NCBI GenBank assembly: GCA_031409655.1
Contig: JANNXQ010000131.1
Coordinates: forward strand, 1-61,271
Reading direction: 5' to 3'
Length of the DNA stretch: 61,271 nucleotides
Source of the DNA: Chthoniobacteraceae bacterium
Lineage (GTDB): Bacteria; Verrucomicrobiota; Verrucomicrobiia; Chthoniobacterales; Chthoniobacteraceae
Both the position numbers and the translations under genes were made by a program. Shown here piece by piece: positions 19,856 through 28,351 of this stretch (position 1 is the stretch's first letter; every line of letters begins with the position of its first letter). Below the pieces are notes generated by a model. The model had not been told where the DNA came from and ran no database searches. It saw nothing but the letters and a program-made list of their open reading frames with translations.

Positions 19856-20484
19856 GGCCGTGTTCACGAATGCATGCCGTTTCCATGCGCTTCCGCCGCT
19901 GGGAAGCGCGCGGCGTCTGGCCGCGCTTGTGGCAAAATCTGCAAAGCGAACGTTTGGCCCAAGCCCGTGGTTTGTTCCTGGACTCGACCACGGTGCGCGC
20001 GCATCAGCACGCCGCTGGGGCGCCAAAAAAAAACGGTCCCGACCAGGCTTTGGGCCGCTCTCGCGGGTGACTCCAGCACCAAGATCCACGCGGCCACCAT
20101 CGACGAAAACTGCGCGGTGGCCCTGCACCTGACGCCCGGTCAGGCGCACGACGGCCGCCAGTTTGAAAGTCTCTACGAGAGCCTCCCGGCCGGCCACGTC
20201 CTGGAGTCCGCCGCGCTCGACAAAGGCTCCGACGCCGACCGCATCCGGCAGCGCCTGGCCTCCGACGGCTTCAAGCCAGTGAGCCCACCCCTCAGCCGCC
20301 GGACCCGGCAACTCTTTTACGACAGATCTCTCTACCGCGAGCGCAACCGCAGCGAGCGCTTCTTCAACAAGCTCAAACAATTTCGCCGCATCGCCACCCG
20401 CTACGACAAACTGGCCAAGACTTTCTTTGCCGCCGTCCACCGCGTCGCCGCTTTCCTGATCATCAGGAATTCGTGAACACGGCC
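19856..20484 (+). mobile_element. Internally deleted IS5-family (IS427-group-like) element, 629 bp
   Basis: Perfect 16-bp TIRs GGCCGTGTTCACGAAT (19856-19871) / ATTCGTGAACACGGCC (20469-20484); transposase motifs RFRRW, LDSTTVRAHQHAAG, ALGRSRG, STKIH, LTPGQAHD, LDKG, YRERNRSERFFNKLKQFRRIATRYDK; 5' end of the gene missing, stop and frameshift at about 20068. Confidence 0.92.
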
Positions 20485-22076
20485 TAGGCAAGCGAGTCCG
20501 CGGAGAGGTCGTAGAGTTCCACGTCCGGATTCTGCTGCTTGAAGTAGTTCAGCGTCCAGGCGCTCGGGAAGAGCACCACGGGCTGGTCGTCGGCGTCGTC
20601 GGCGAGGCGGCAGCCAGTGGGGAGCTTGAGCGCCTTGGTCTCAGCGGCGGTCGTGCCGCGGCGCAGCCACTTCACGGATTCCCACGGGGCGGTCTCGAGT
20701 TGGGAAGGCGCGCCGTATTCGGATTCGAGGCGGTATTGCACGACTTCAAATTGCAGCGGGCCGACGGCCGCGAGGAGCGGCACGCGCTGGCCCATGTCGC
20801 GCAGATGAAAGACCTGCATCACGCCTTCCTGGAGCAACTGATCGAGTCCTTTGCGAAACTGTTTGAACTTCGATGGGTTCGGATTTTGCAACTGCGCGAA
20901 GCACTCCGGCGGGAAGCGCGGGATCTCGTGGAAGGTCACGGTGCCGTCTTCACTGAGGGTGTCGCCGATGCCGAATTCCGAGTGTCCCACCAGTCCGACG
21001 ATGTCCCCGGCGTAGGCCTCATCGACCGTTTCGCGCTCCTGGCCGAAGAGCTTGTGCGAACTCGAGAGCCGCACTTTCTGACCGGTGCGCATGTGGTTCA
21101 CGACCATGTCGCGCTGAAATTTTCCGGAGCAGACGCGGACGAAGGCGATGCGGTCGCGGTGCTTCGGATCCATGTTGGCCTGGATCTTAAAGACGAAGCC
21201 GGAGAAAGCTGGCGCGTCGGGCGCGATCTCCTGGCCCTCGGAGCGACGCGATCCCGGCGGCGCAGAGCGCTCGAGGAAACAATCGAGGAGCAGTTGCACG
21301 CCGAAGTTATTCATCGCGCTGCCGAAGAAGACGGGCGTGAGCTGCCCGGCAAGCACCGCGGCGGAGTCGTATTCCTTGCCGGCGATCTCGAGCATCTCCA
21401 GCTCCTCGACGAAGCGCGCGTAGTCACCTTCATCGAGCTTTCCCTTCACCACTGGATCGTCGATGCCTTTGACCGTGAGCGGCGCTCGAAACGCACCCTC
21501 CGGCGTCCGCTCGAAGAGATTCACCTGCTTCGTCTGCCGATCGTACACGCCCTTGAAATCCGGACCGGTGCCGAGCGGCCAGTTCACCGGGAAGGCGCCG
21601 ATGCCGAGAACGCTCTCGAGCTCATCGACCAGAGCGAGCGGATCGCGGGTGGGTCGGTCGAGCTTGTTCATGAAGGTGAAGATCGGCACGCCCCGGCGGC
21701 GGCAGACTTCAAAGAGTTTGCGGGTCTGCGTCTCGATGCCTTTGCCGGCATCGATGACCATGACCACGGCGTCCACCGCGGTGAGCACGCGATAGGTGTC
21801 TTCGGAGAAGTCCTTGTGGCCCGGGGTGTCGAGCAGGTTGATGCGGTAGCCGTGGTAGTCGAATTGCAGCACCGTGGAGCTGATGGAGATGCCGCGTTTG
21901 CGTTCGAGTTCCATCCAGTCCGACGTGGTCGCGCGTTGATTTTTACGCGAGGTCACCGAACCGGCGAGTTGCACCGCGCCGCCGTAGAGGAGCAGCTTTT
22001 CGGTGAGCGTGGTCTTGCCGGCATCAGGGTGGGAAATGATGGCGAAGGTGCGTCGCCTGGAAATCTCGTCGCGCAT
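20484..22076 (-). CDS. prfC: Peptide chain release factor 3
   Basis: RRRTFAIISHPDAGKTTLTEKLLL, SDWMELE..RGISI, LLDTPGHKDFSEDTYR, FKIQANMDPKHRDRIAF, VGPLQFEV. Confidence 0.97.
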   Translation of the reverse strand: MRDEISRRRTFAIISHPDAGKTTLTEKLLLYGGAVQLAGSVTSRKNQRATTSDWMELERKRGISISSTVLQFDYHGYRINLLDTPGHKDFSEDTYRVLTAVDAVVMVIDAGKGIETQTRKLFEVCRRRGVPIFTFMNKLDRPTRDPLALVDELESVLGIGAFPVNWPLGTGPDFKGVYDRQTKQVNLFERTPEGAFRAPLTVKGIDDPVVKGKLDEGDYARFVEELEMLEIAGKEYDSAAVLAGQLTPVFFGSAMNNFGVQLLLDCFLERSAPPGSRRSEGQEIAPDAPAFSGFVFKIQANMDPKHRDRIAFVRVCSGKFQRDMVVNHMRTGQKVRLSSSHKLFGQERETVDEAYAGDIVGLVGHSEFGIGDTLSEDGTVTFHEIPRFPPECFAQLQNPNPSKFKQFRKGLDQLLQEGVMQVFHLRDMGQRVPLLAAVGPLQFEVVQYRLESEYGAPSQLETAPWESVKWLRRGTTAAETKALKLPTGCRLADDADDQPVVLFPSAWTLNYFKQQNPDVELYDLSADSLA

Positions 22077-22158
22077 GGAAAGGACGGGGAGCTTCGGTCC
22101 GGATGGATATGGGTGCAAGCATCGGGAGAAGGGCTGCCCGGCCGGGCGGAGGGTGGCG

Positions 22159-22230
22159 CGTCCTCGTTCTCGTTCTCGTAATCGAAAGGCAGCGATTCGA
22201 GGACGAGGACGAGGACGATTACGAGGACGA
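22159..22230. repeat. Inverted repeat of 6-nt units (GAGGAC/GTCCTC)
   Basis: CGTCCTCGTTCTCGTTCTCGTAATCGAA ... TTCGAGGACGAGGACGAGGACGATTACGAGGACGA. Confidence 0.8.
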
Positions 22231-22266
22231 ACGCCAGGGCGCTGCACCACGACGCACTGCCGTTCG

Positions 22267-23238
22267 TCAGCCCCTCCGTCCGAGCGGGAGATTGGTGAAT
22301 GCAACTGGGATGGCGAGGGCCAGCGCGGCGCGTACTGCCGAGCGTGGGACTTTGATGCGCTCGGGATTTTCGAGGGGATTGCGCGCTCGCAAAAGAGCCA
22401 GCGTTTTCACGCCGAGATGCCAGGGGAGAAACACGCCGGCGCGCAGGCGCGCAGGCCGGAGCACGCGGAGATAGAGGCGGCCATCTTCGAGCCGCTCTTC
22501 CGCGCGGGTGAGCCAGCGGTCGAAGACTGGGCGAGCGGAAGCTGGAGACTGCAAGAGAGTGTTGGGATTTGCTCCGCTGGCTTGGAGTTCGTCAGCGGGG
22601 AGGTAGCAGCGACCGGTGCGCAGATCGGCGGGGAGATCGCGCAGGATGTTCACGAGTTGCAGGCCTTGCCCGTAGCTGATGCCGAGGCGCGTGAGTTCCG
22701 CGGCGGGCATCTCCGAGTAGCGGGGGAGATGATGCAGGCAGAGGCGGGTCCAAAATTCGCCGACGCAGCCGGCGACGAGATAGGTGTACTCGTCGAGCGC
22801 GGCGGCATCGGGCAGCGCCGTGGTCCGGGAGGGATCGGCGAAACGCTGGAGGTCGAGGGTTTGGCCGTGGATGATCTTGGCGAGCACGGCGGCGATCTCG
22901 GCGCGGTCGAAAGTGGGGAGCGCATCGAGCCAGGCGAGGCAGGCCTCGAGTTGCGCGATGAGTGCGCTTTCGCCCGGATGCGTGGCGCGGATGTCGTGCT
23001 GCAATTCCCCGAGCTTTCCCCGCGCCGTGCCAGTAACCATTTCTCCGAATGATGCGAGATGGCGCAGGCGCGTCGCGGGGGGGGCATCGGCGCTATCGGC
23101 GATGGAGTCACTCGCGCGGGCCAGGAGGTAGGCGAGGCCGATGGGTGCGCGGAGTTCGCGCGGGAGGATGCGGATGGTGAGGTAAAAGGAACGCGAGACG
23201 CTCGCGAGTAGCGGTCCACCGAGGTCCGGCGCGGTCAT
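22267..23238 (-). CDS. Squalene/phytoene synthase family protein (SQS-like)
   Basis: VSRSF, AYLLARASDSIAD, YTYLVAGCVG, GLQLVNILRDL..D...GRCYLP. Confidence 0.9.
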   Translation of the reverse strand: MTAPDLGGPLLASVSRSFYLTIRILPRELRAPIGLAYLLARASDSIADSADAPPATRLRHLASFGEMVTGTARGKLGELQHDIRATHPGESALIAQLEACLAWLDALPTFDRAEIAAVLAKIIHGQTLDLQRFADPSRTTALPDAAALDEYTYLVAGCVGEFWTRLCLHHLPRYSEMPAAELTRLGISYGQGLQLVNILRDLPADLRTGRCYLPADELQASGANPNTLLQSPASARPVFDRWLTRAEERLEDGRLYLRVLRPARLRAGVFLPWHLGVKTLALLRARNPLENPERIKVPRSAVRAALALAIPVAFTNLPLGRRG

Positions 23239-24287
23239 GGCTCGACGGTCTGCAACTCGATGCGGCTTTCCTCAAACTGCCCCAAGCCCATCTGCGCAGC
23301 CTGCTCCAGCCACTCGGCGCGTTTGCCGGTGGGGGGGAGTTTGGCTTGGAGACGCCAGCCGTCGATGAGCCGCAGCGCGGTCGCGTCGAGCGCCACGGGG
23401 TCGAGGCTCGCGTAGAGCGTGGCGTGCTTGAAGGCGTAGTTCGGGTTGAAATTTGGGCCGCCGGCGTATTGCGCGAGCAAGCCATCGAGGACGTGGATCA
23501 CGACGCGCGGGCCGATGCGTTCGTCGGCGTAAAGTTCCGCGATGCCGCCCGCGCCGCCGGGTTGCGTGAAGCGCCGCCAATTGTCCACCGCGGGTACCGT
23601 CACATTGTAAAGCGCACCGGCCACGCCGCAGCCGACTTCATCGCAGAACACCGGCACATTCACGATCTTCGTCAGACCGCGCGCGAGGATCGTGGCGAGG
23701 TGACTCGTGGAGCTGAGTTCATCCGCATCGTTCGCGCGTTTGCCGGCCTTTGGTTTCTTCTCTTCAAAGAGCAGGTCGCCCCAGATGAGCTTGCCGAGCA
23801 CAGGCGCGGTGAACTTTGCGGCGCGATCAAAGCCCTGTGGGGGATCGATGCCGCGCACTGGCACGCCCATCCGCTCCGGGGTGAATCCGGCCGCGCGAAG
23901 ATCAGCGGTTTTCCGATCCCAGATGACGATCTGCGCCCGCGGGACGCCGGCTCCGATGAGTCCATCGATGATCGCCGCGACGACGCCGCGATGGGAGGAA
24001 AAGTAACGTCCGCCCGCCGTCGCGACCTTGATGCCCACTCGATCCGTCGGCTTCACCAAGGTGCGCCACCCAGCGACCGCATCTGGCTGGCGCGTGACGA
24101 CCGCCACGAGCGCATCGACCATCTGCCGCGTCAGCGTCGCGTCTTCCTCGAACCGCACGAGGGCCCGTTCGTCCCGGGCCAGCGCGATTCTGGCAGTCGG
24201 TGGCGGTGCGGGTGGCTCTTCGGCCAGCGCAGCGGACCGCAAAAAGATGAGGAGAGCCGCCGCGAGGGCGGGCAGGGAACGAAGCAC
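23235..24287 (-). CDS. Exported DUF362-domain protein
   Basis: Signal peptide; DRVGIKV, IVIWDR, KIVNVPV, DPVALD; start uncertain. Confidence 0.75.
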   Translation of the reverse strand: MLRSLPALAAALLIFLRSAALAEEPPAPPPTARIALARDERALVRFEEDATLTRQMVDALVAVVTRQPDAVAGWRTLVKPTDRVGIKVATAGGRYFSSHRGVVAAIIDGLIGAGVPRAQIVIWDRKTADLRAAGFTPERMGVPVRGIDPPQGFDRAAKFTAPVLGKLIWGDLLFEEKKPKAGKRANDADELSSTSHLATILARGLTKIVNVPVFCDEVGCGVAGALYNVTVPAVDNWRRFTQPGGAGGIAELYADERIGPRVVIHVLDGLLAQYAGGPNFNPNYAFKHATLYASLDPVALDATALRLIDGWRLQAKLPPTGKRAEWLEQAAQMGLGQFEESRIELQTVEP

Positions 24288-24380
24288 AGGCGGCGAATAT
24301 GCGGGCGGGTCTCTGCGCTGCAAAGCAAAAGGCCGCCGGGCAATCGATACGCCGACGGCCTCTGAATGGCTGGACGATCT

Positions 24381-24944
24381 TTACCCGATGCGGAGCGAGC
24401 GCAGCAGGGAGCTGTCGATCCGGCCGGTCGCGGGCAGCCCGCGATCACGCTGGTAGTCGCGAATCGCGGCGCGCGACTCCGGCCCGATATCGCCGTCGAT
24501 GTCTCCTTCGTAGTAGCCGTTTTTCCGGAGTGCGCGCTGGACGTCCACCGCGAGATCATCCGAGTAGTTTGACCGCGGCACGTAACGGGAAGAGCTGATC
24601 GAAGGATAGTAGCGAGACGAGCCGTAGGCCGAGGAGGAGCCGGTCGAGAGCGAGAAGCCGATCGAAGCGCGCGGCCGATAATAGGAACTCGATCCGTAGT
24701 GGGACGAAGCGTACGGGCTGTAGTAGTAGGGCCGGCTCGAGTAGTAGCCGTGGGGTGCGCAGTAGCTCCGCGACGAGGAGTAATGACTGCCGCCCACCTT
24801 GCTCGTCTTCTTCACGTAGTGGCCATCGCCGTCGTCGTCGCGATAGACCTTGATCTTACGATCCGCAAAACTCGGCGCCGGGAAAGCGACAAGCAAGGCG
24901 GCAGCGAGCGTGGGCAGGAAGCGGGCGAGGGAAGGTCTGTTCAT
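24381..24944 (-). CDS. Secreted peptidoglycan-binding-domain protein with Tyr/Ser-rich linker
   Basis: Signal peptide; VQRAL...GYYEG.IDG.IGPESRAAIRDYQ...GLPATG.ID. Confidence 0.88.
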   Translation of the reverse strand: MNRPSLARFLPTLAAALLVAFPAPSFADRKIKVYRDDDGDGHYVKKTSKVGGSHYSSSRSYCAPHGYYSSRPYYYSPYASSHYGSSSYYRPRASIGFSLSTGSSSAYGSSRYYPSISSSRYVPRSNYSDDLAVDVQRALRKNGYYEGDIDGDIGPESRAAIRDYQRDRGLPATGRIDSSLLRSLRIG

Positions 24945-25107
24945 GGCGAATTGCAAGGGTTTCAAAATGGGACGGGAAGTGGATTAACTTTCTTCGAGAA
25001 ATCTGCGGCGTCCAGAAATGAGTGCAGCGCCACAAGCGCAACCAGCCCCTTTGCGAGCTGCGCGAATTTTGTCCCATCGAATGGCCGCGCCCGTTGGGCA
25101 GCGGTGG

Positions 25108-26562
25108 CTACTCTCGGAGGGACAGCGGCGGGCAGTAAAGACCGAGCCGCTCGCGCTTCCACCACGCGGTCGGATCATCGCCCGCTTGGGTGAACCGATA
25201 CTGGTAGAGAACGGCGCGGACAGAGCGCGGTGGATGGGAGGGGAAGGGGTTTGATTCGAGGAGCGCGAGCACCTCGGGAGTATTCGTCAGCAAGCGGGCG
25301 AGCATTTCCACAAACCACGGGCTGTGCTGCACGTCGCTGAGCGCGGCAAACCACATGTGCCAGTCCAGCCGCGGCTGATGCGGGGTCGCGAGGCGCGGGC
25401 GCTGGCGGAGATCGCCGGGCTTGTAGCGGAATTCCTACTCGCGCCAGTTCACGCCGTCGTCCGTGCCCTCGATTACGATCTCGCGGCGGACGGTGGTCAT
25501 GACGCGGAAGAGACCGTAGCCATTGGCGCTGCGCAGCGGTTGCAGGGTTTCGATGACGGCGCGGGTGGGCGCGCGCCAGCCTGGCGTCCACGGCCCGCGC
25601 TGGTGAAAGCAGGTCTCGAGCTGGGCGGCGGTCACGAGGACGATGACGAAGGCAACGGGCGCGAAGAGCCAAAGCGGCCAGCGGCGATCGGCTTCGGGCG
25701 GACGGGGGGAGGCAGGCAGCAAAGCGCGGATGCGGGCTGGCCACGAGGCGTCGTCGAAAAGCGGGACGCAGAGTGCGATGCTGAGCAGATTGAAGAAGGT
25801 GTAGTTCCCGGTGACGAGGATGGCGAGTTGCAGGGCGATGAGCGCGAGGGCGCCGCCATGCCGCCAGCGGCGCGGGGCGAAAAGGAGGAAGGGTGCGCCA
25901 AGTTCGATGAGGAACATGAGCGCCGTGGAAATCCGCAGGACGAGCGTGGGAAGCTGGTGCGCGAACCACGCGAGCGGCAGTGGGAGTGGCTGGGTCTCGA
26001 AGTGATATTGGAGGGCCGTGAGTTCGAGCCACGTGGGATCGCCGGCCGTGAGCTTCACCAGGCCGGACTCAAACATGAGCCGAAAGTTCAGCCACCAAAG
26101 CAGCAGCCACGCGATCCGGGCGACGCGGGTGTGCTGCCGCCAGTCTGGCCGGAACTGCCACGGCAACGCAAAGCCCGCGAGGAACGCCGTCTCCAGCAGG
26201 AGCAGGTCCCACTGGAAGTCCATGAAGGGACTGCCCACCGCGCAGAGAGAGAGGTAGAGCGCCCAGAGGAGCAGCGCGCACGGGCCCGGGCACCTGCCCG
26301 CCATGAGCCCGACGGAGAGCGCGACGCCAGCCCAGCACAGGGCCACGAGTGTCGTGTCGCTCGCGCCAAGCCAGCAGAGGGTCGGGATTTTCTGATAGGC
26401 CACGGCGCCGAGTTGCTCATGCGCCCGCTGCAAAAAACTCGCGGCAGGGGCGATGCCGCGTTCGCCGAGGAGCCCGCGCACCTGGCCGGCGAGCGAGAAA
26501 AACGCGCAGAAGAAGAGCGCGCCGAGAAGGCGGGTGAAAACCCAGCGAGCGGTCTGAAACAC
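25108..26562 (-). pseudogene. Lipase maturation factor (LMF) family protein interrupted by an in-frame TAG at 25435-25437
   Basis: FQWDLLLLE.., FRLMFESG.VK, HFETQPLP, TGNYTFFN, NGYGLFRVMT, NWRE*EFRYKPG..PHQPRLDWHMWFAAL; frame continues past the stop. Confidence 0.88.
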
Positions 26563-26602
26563 TGAAGCCGACGGTTACCGGGTGAAGCGCGCGCGGCTCT
26601 GG

Positions 26603-26932
26603 TTACCGCGACTTTCCTTGCGTGCCGTTTCGCCGGTCAGTCTCTGAGCGGGTGCCCATGTTGCGGCTGTCGAAGTTGTTCGTGTACTCGAGTCCGCTGC
26701 TATTCGTGCGATACGGCGCGCGGTCGAGGGAAGTGCCGCCCGGGCTCCAGCCAGAGGATGAACGGCGGGCGACCTCTTTCGGAAAGAGAGCGCTTTCCTC
26801 GGCCATGACTTCATTCGGCTTCATGAAAAGATAGCGCAGCGGCTCATTCCAGCCCGAGACAAAGATCACCGTAGCGAGAATGATAAAGCCCCCAAAATGG
26901 AGCAGTTCCTTGATCAGATTCCGTTCTTCCAT
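26603..26932 (-). CDS. Small membrane-anchored hypothetical protein (paralog of the adjacent gene)
   Basis: MEERNLIKELLHFGGFIILATVIFVSGWNEPLRY...WSPGGTSLDR. Confidence 0.7.
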   Translation of the reverse strand: MEERNLIKELLHFGGFIILATVIFVSGWNEPLRYLFMKPNEVMAEESALFPKEVARRSSSGWSPGGTSLDRAPYRTNSSGLEYTNNFDSRNMGTRSETDRRNGTQGKSR

Positions 26933-26937
26933 GGCCG

Positions 26938-27192
26938 CTATTTCTTCCTCGCGTCCAGGGATCCTCCTGGCTGCCACATCCACTGGCTATCCCGCGCCGC
27001 AGGCGCATTCTGCCGGCCGGCGGGATCCTGCGCGGCGAGATTGGCCTTGTGCGCTTCCACCGTCACCATGGCGAGCCGACTCGGCTCGATCTTGGTCTCA
27101 GGAAAACGCGCGCTGATCTGGTCGCGGTAGGGCTGTCGCCAACCGAGAAACGCGAGGAGAACGAGGAGGAGGAATTCCAGGAGGAGCCGCAT
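26938..27192 (-). CDS. Small membrane-anchored hypothetical protein
   Basis: MRLLLEFLLLVLLAFLGWRQPYRD...WMWQPGGSLDARKK; 5-nt gap to the next gene. Confidence 0.7.
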   Translation of the reverse strand: MRLLLEFLLLVLLAFLGWRQPYRDQISARFPETKIEPSRLAMVTVEAHKANLAAQDPAGRQNAPAARDSQWMWQPGGSLDARKK

Positions 27193-27266
27193 ATCTTGGA
27201 CGGGAAACTAGCGCGTGGACGGCGAGTGTCGAGGCTTTCGCCGTAGGAGAGGCTCGACTCGCGTGC

Positions 27267-27689
27267 TCAGCGCGCCGCGCCGAGGCGGAGCAGTTCGTCG
27301 TATTCCGCCTTGGTCAGCGGCATCACCGAGAGCCGGGACTGTCGCAGCAAGGCCAAGTCCTGGAGCTTTTTGCTGCCTTTGATCGTGGCCAAAGGCACGG
27401 GTCGGGCGAGACGCTCCACCGGCACGAGATCCACGCAATCCCAATCGCCCTCCGTCGCCGTCGGGTCGCGATACGCCATCCGCGCCACCTCAGCCACGCC
27501 CACGACCTCTTTCCCCACCACGCTGTAATAGTACAGCACATGGTCCCCCACCTTCATCGCGCGGAGATTATTCCGCGCCTGGAAATTGCGCACCCCCGTC
27601 CAGGCCGTGCGCCCATCTTTCTCAAAGTCCTCCCACGAATAGGCCGTGGGCTCTTGTTTCACCATCCAGTAGTGGATCGTTTTGCTCAT
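27267..27689 (-). CDS. EVE-domain protein
   Basis: YWMVKQEP..YSW.D......WTGVRNFQARNNLRAMKVGD..LYY.S, RLSVMP. Confidence 0.93.
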   Translation of the reverse strand: MSKTIHYWMVKQEPTAYSWEDFEKDGRTAWTGVRNFQARNNLRAMKVGDHVLYYYSVVGKEVVGVAEVARMAYRDPTATEGDWDCVDLVPVERLARPVPLATIKGSKKLQDLALLRQSRLSVMPLTKAEYDELLRLGAAR

Positions 27690-27696
27690 TCGGTGG

Positions 27697-27765
27697 GTGT
27701 TCAGTGTTCGATGTTGCGGAACTGCAAAACATCGAACGTCGAACATTCAACATCGAACATCGAAC
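27697..27765. repeat. Heptamer (AACATCG) tandem array with an inverted partner
   Basis: AACATCG AACGTCG AACATTC AACATCG AACATCG AAC (27728-27765) facing GTGTTCAGTGTTCGATGTT. Confidence 0.8.
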
Positions 27766-27766
27766 G

Positions 27767-27804
27767 AAAAGGGCGAAGGCGCCCCCGTCTCCGAGGGCGC
27801 CTTC
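27767..27804 (-). terminator. Intrinsic terminator downstream of rnpB
   Basis: GAAGGCGCCCTCG-GAGA-CGGGGGCGCCTTC hairpin followed by GCCCTTTT. Confidence 0.65.
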
Positions 27805-27808
27805 CCAG

Positions 27809-28224
27809 GTGGGTGGCGATAAGCCGAATTTTGTCCCTCCGCGGTTGCCCGCGGATTGGATGATCATTTCTCTCACGTCGCTTGCGCGGCGAGCCCTGCT
27901 CGCGCAGGGGGCGACTAATACCCGGGAGCTGTCCCGCCGAAGCGGGACGGGTCAGGCGGCCCGGGCTCCCTGTTATGTCTTGCACCGCATGGGGTTTTTC
28001 GTGCCCCGGCACTTGCGCGCCGGGCGGTGGGCTTTTACCCCGCCTTTTCACCCTTACCCCTCGGCCCATCTTGCGACGGTCAAAGGGCGGTCTGTTTTCT
28101 GTGACACTTTCCGTCACGCGGGACTTGGGCCCCGCGCGCCCGCGCATTCTACGCGGCATGCTGCCTGAAGGTGTTCGGACTTTCCTCACGCAGCCGGAGC
28201 CGCGCGCGATCATCTGCCACCCAC
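27809..28224 (-). ncRNA. rnpB: RNase P RNA (bacterial type A)
   Basis: Minus strand: GTGGGTGGCAGATGATCGC...GAGGAAAGTCCGAAC...GTGTCACAGAAAACAGACCGCC...GGGTGAAAAGGCGGGGTAAAAGCCCACC...AGAGAAATGATCA...GACAAAATTCGGCTTATCGCCACCCAC; P1 pairing of the ends. Confidence 0.96.
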
Positions 28225-28233
28225 GGGCACAGT

Positions 28234-28264
28234 AAATTCCAAGTTCCAAACTCCAAGCTCCAAA
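28234..28264. repeat. Heptamer tandem array AA(A/G)(T/C)TCC x4 upstream of rnpB
   Basis: AAATTCC AAGTTCC AAACTCC AAGCTCC AAA. Confidence 0.75.
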
Positions 28265-28267
28265 GCA

Positions 28268-28291
28268 GCCGCACGGGACGGCGGCGCTCCC
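28268..28291. repeat. REP-like element, identical to 51213-51236
   Basis: GCCGCACGGGACGGCGGCGCTCCC, 24/24 match. Confidence 0.8.
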
Positions 28292-28351
28292 GGGGTCTCC
28301 GGCGATTTACCTTTGCTTGTGCGGGGTTTGGTCCAAGGACTTTCCGCACCC

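Noticed and set aside
20025..20033. Functional programmed -1 frameshift at the A-tract in the transposase
   Set aside because: The frame already reads through the tract (PKKNGPDQALGRSRG); the break is about 35 nt later and the gene lacks its 5' end
19452..20484. tRNA-Leu as an integration site of a genomic island
   Set aside because: The IS lies on the 5' side of the tRNA; no integrase or duplicated tRNA 3' end found
25435..25437. Pyrrolysine or genetic-code reassignment of TAG
   Set aside because: TAG terminates conserved genes in this window; the position corresponds to Tyr, one substitution away; no pyl genes seen
27701..28249. ORFs over the rnpB region
   Set aside because: Region is fully explained by RNase P RNA conserved elements
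27697..28291. CRISPR array
   Set aside because: Repeats are short tandem heptamers without unique spacers; no cas genes in the window
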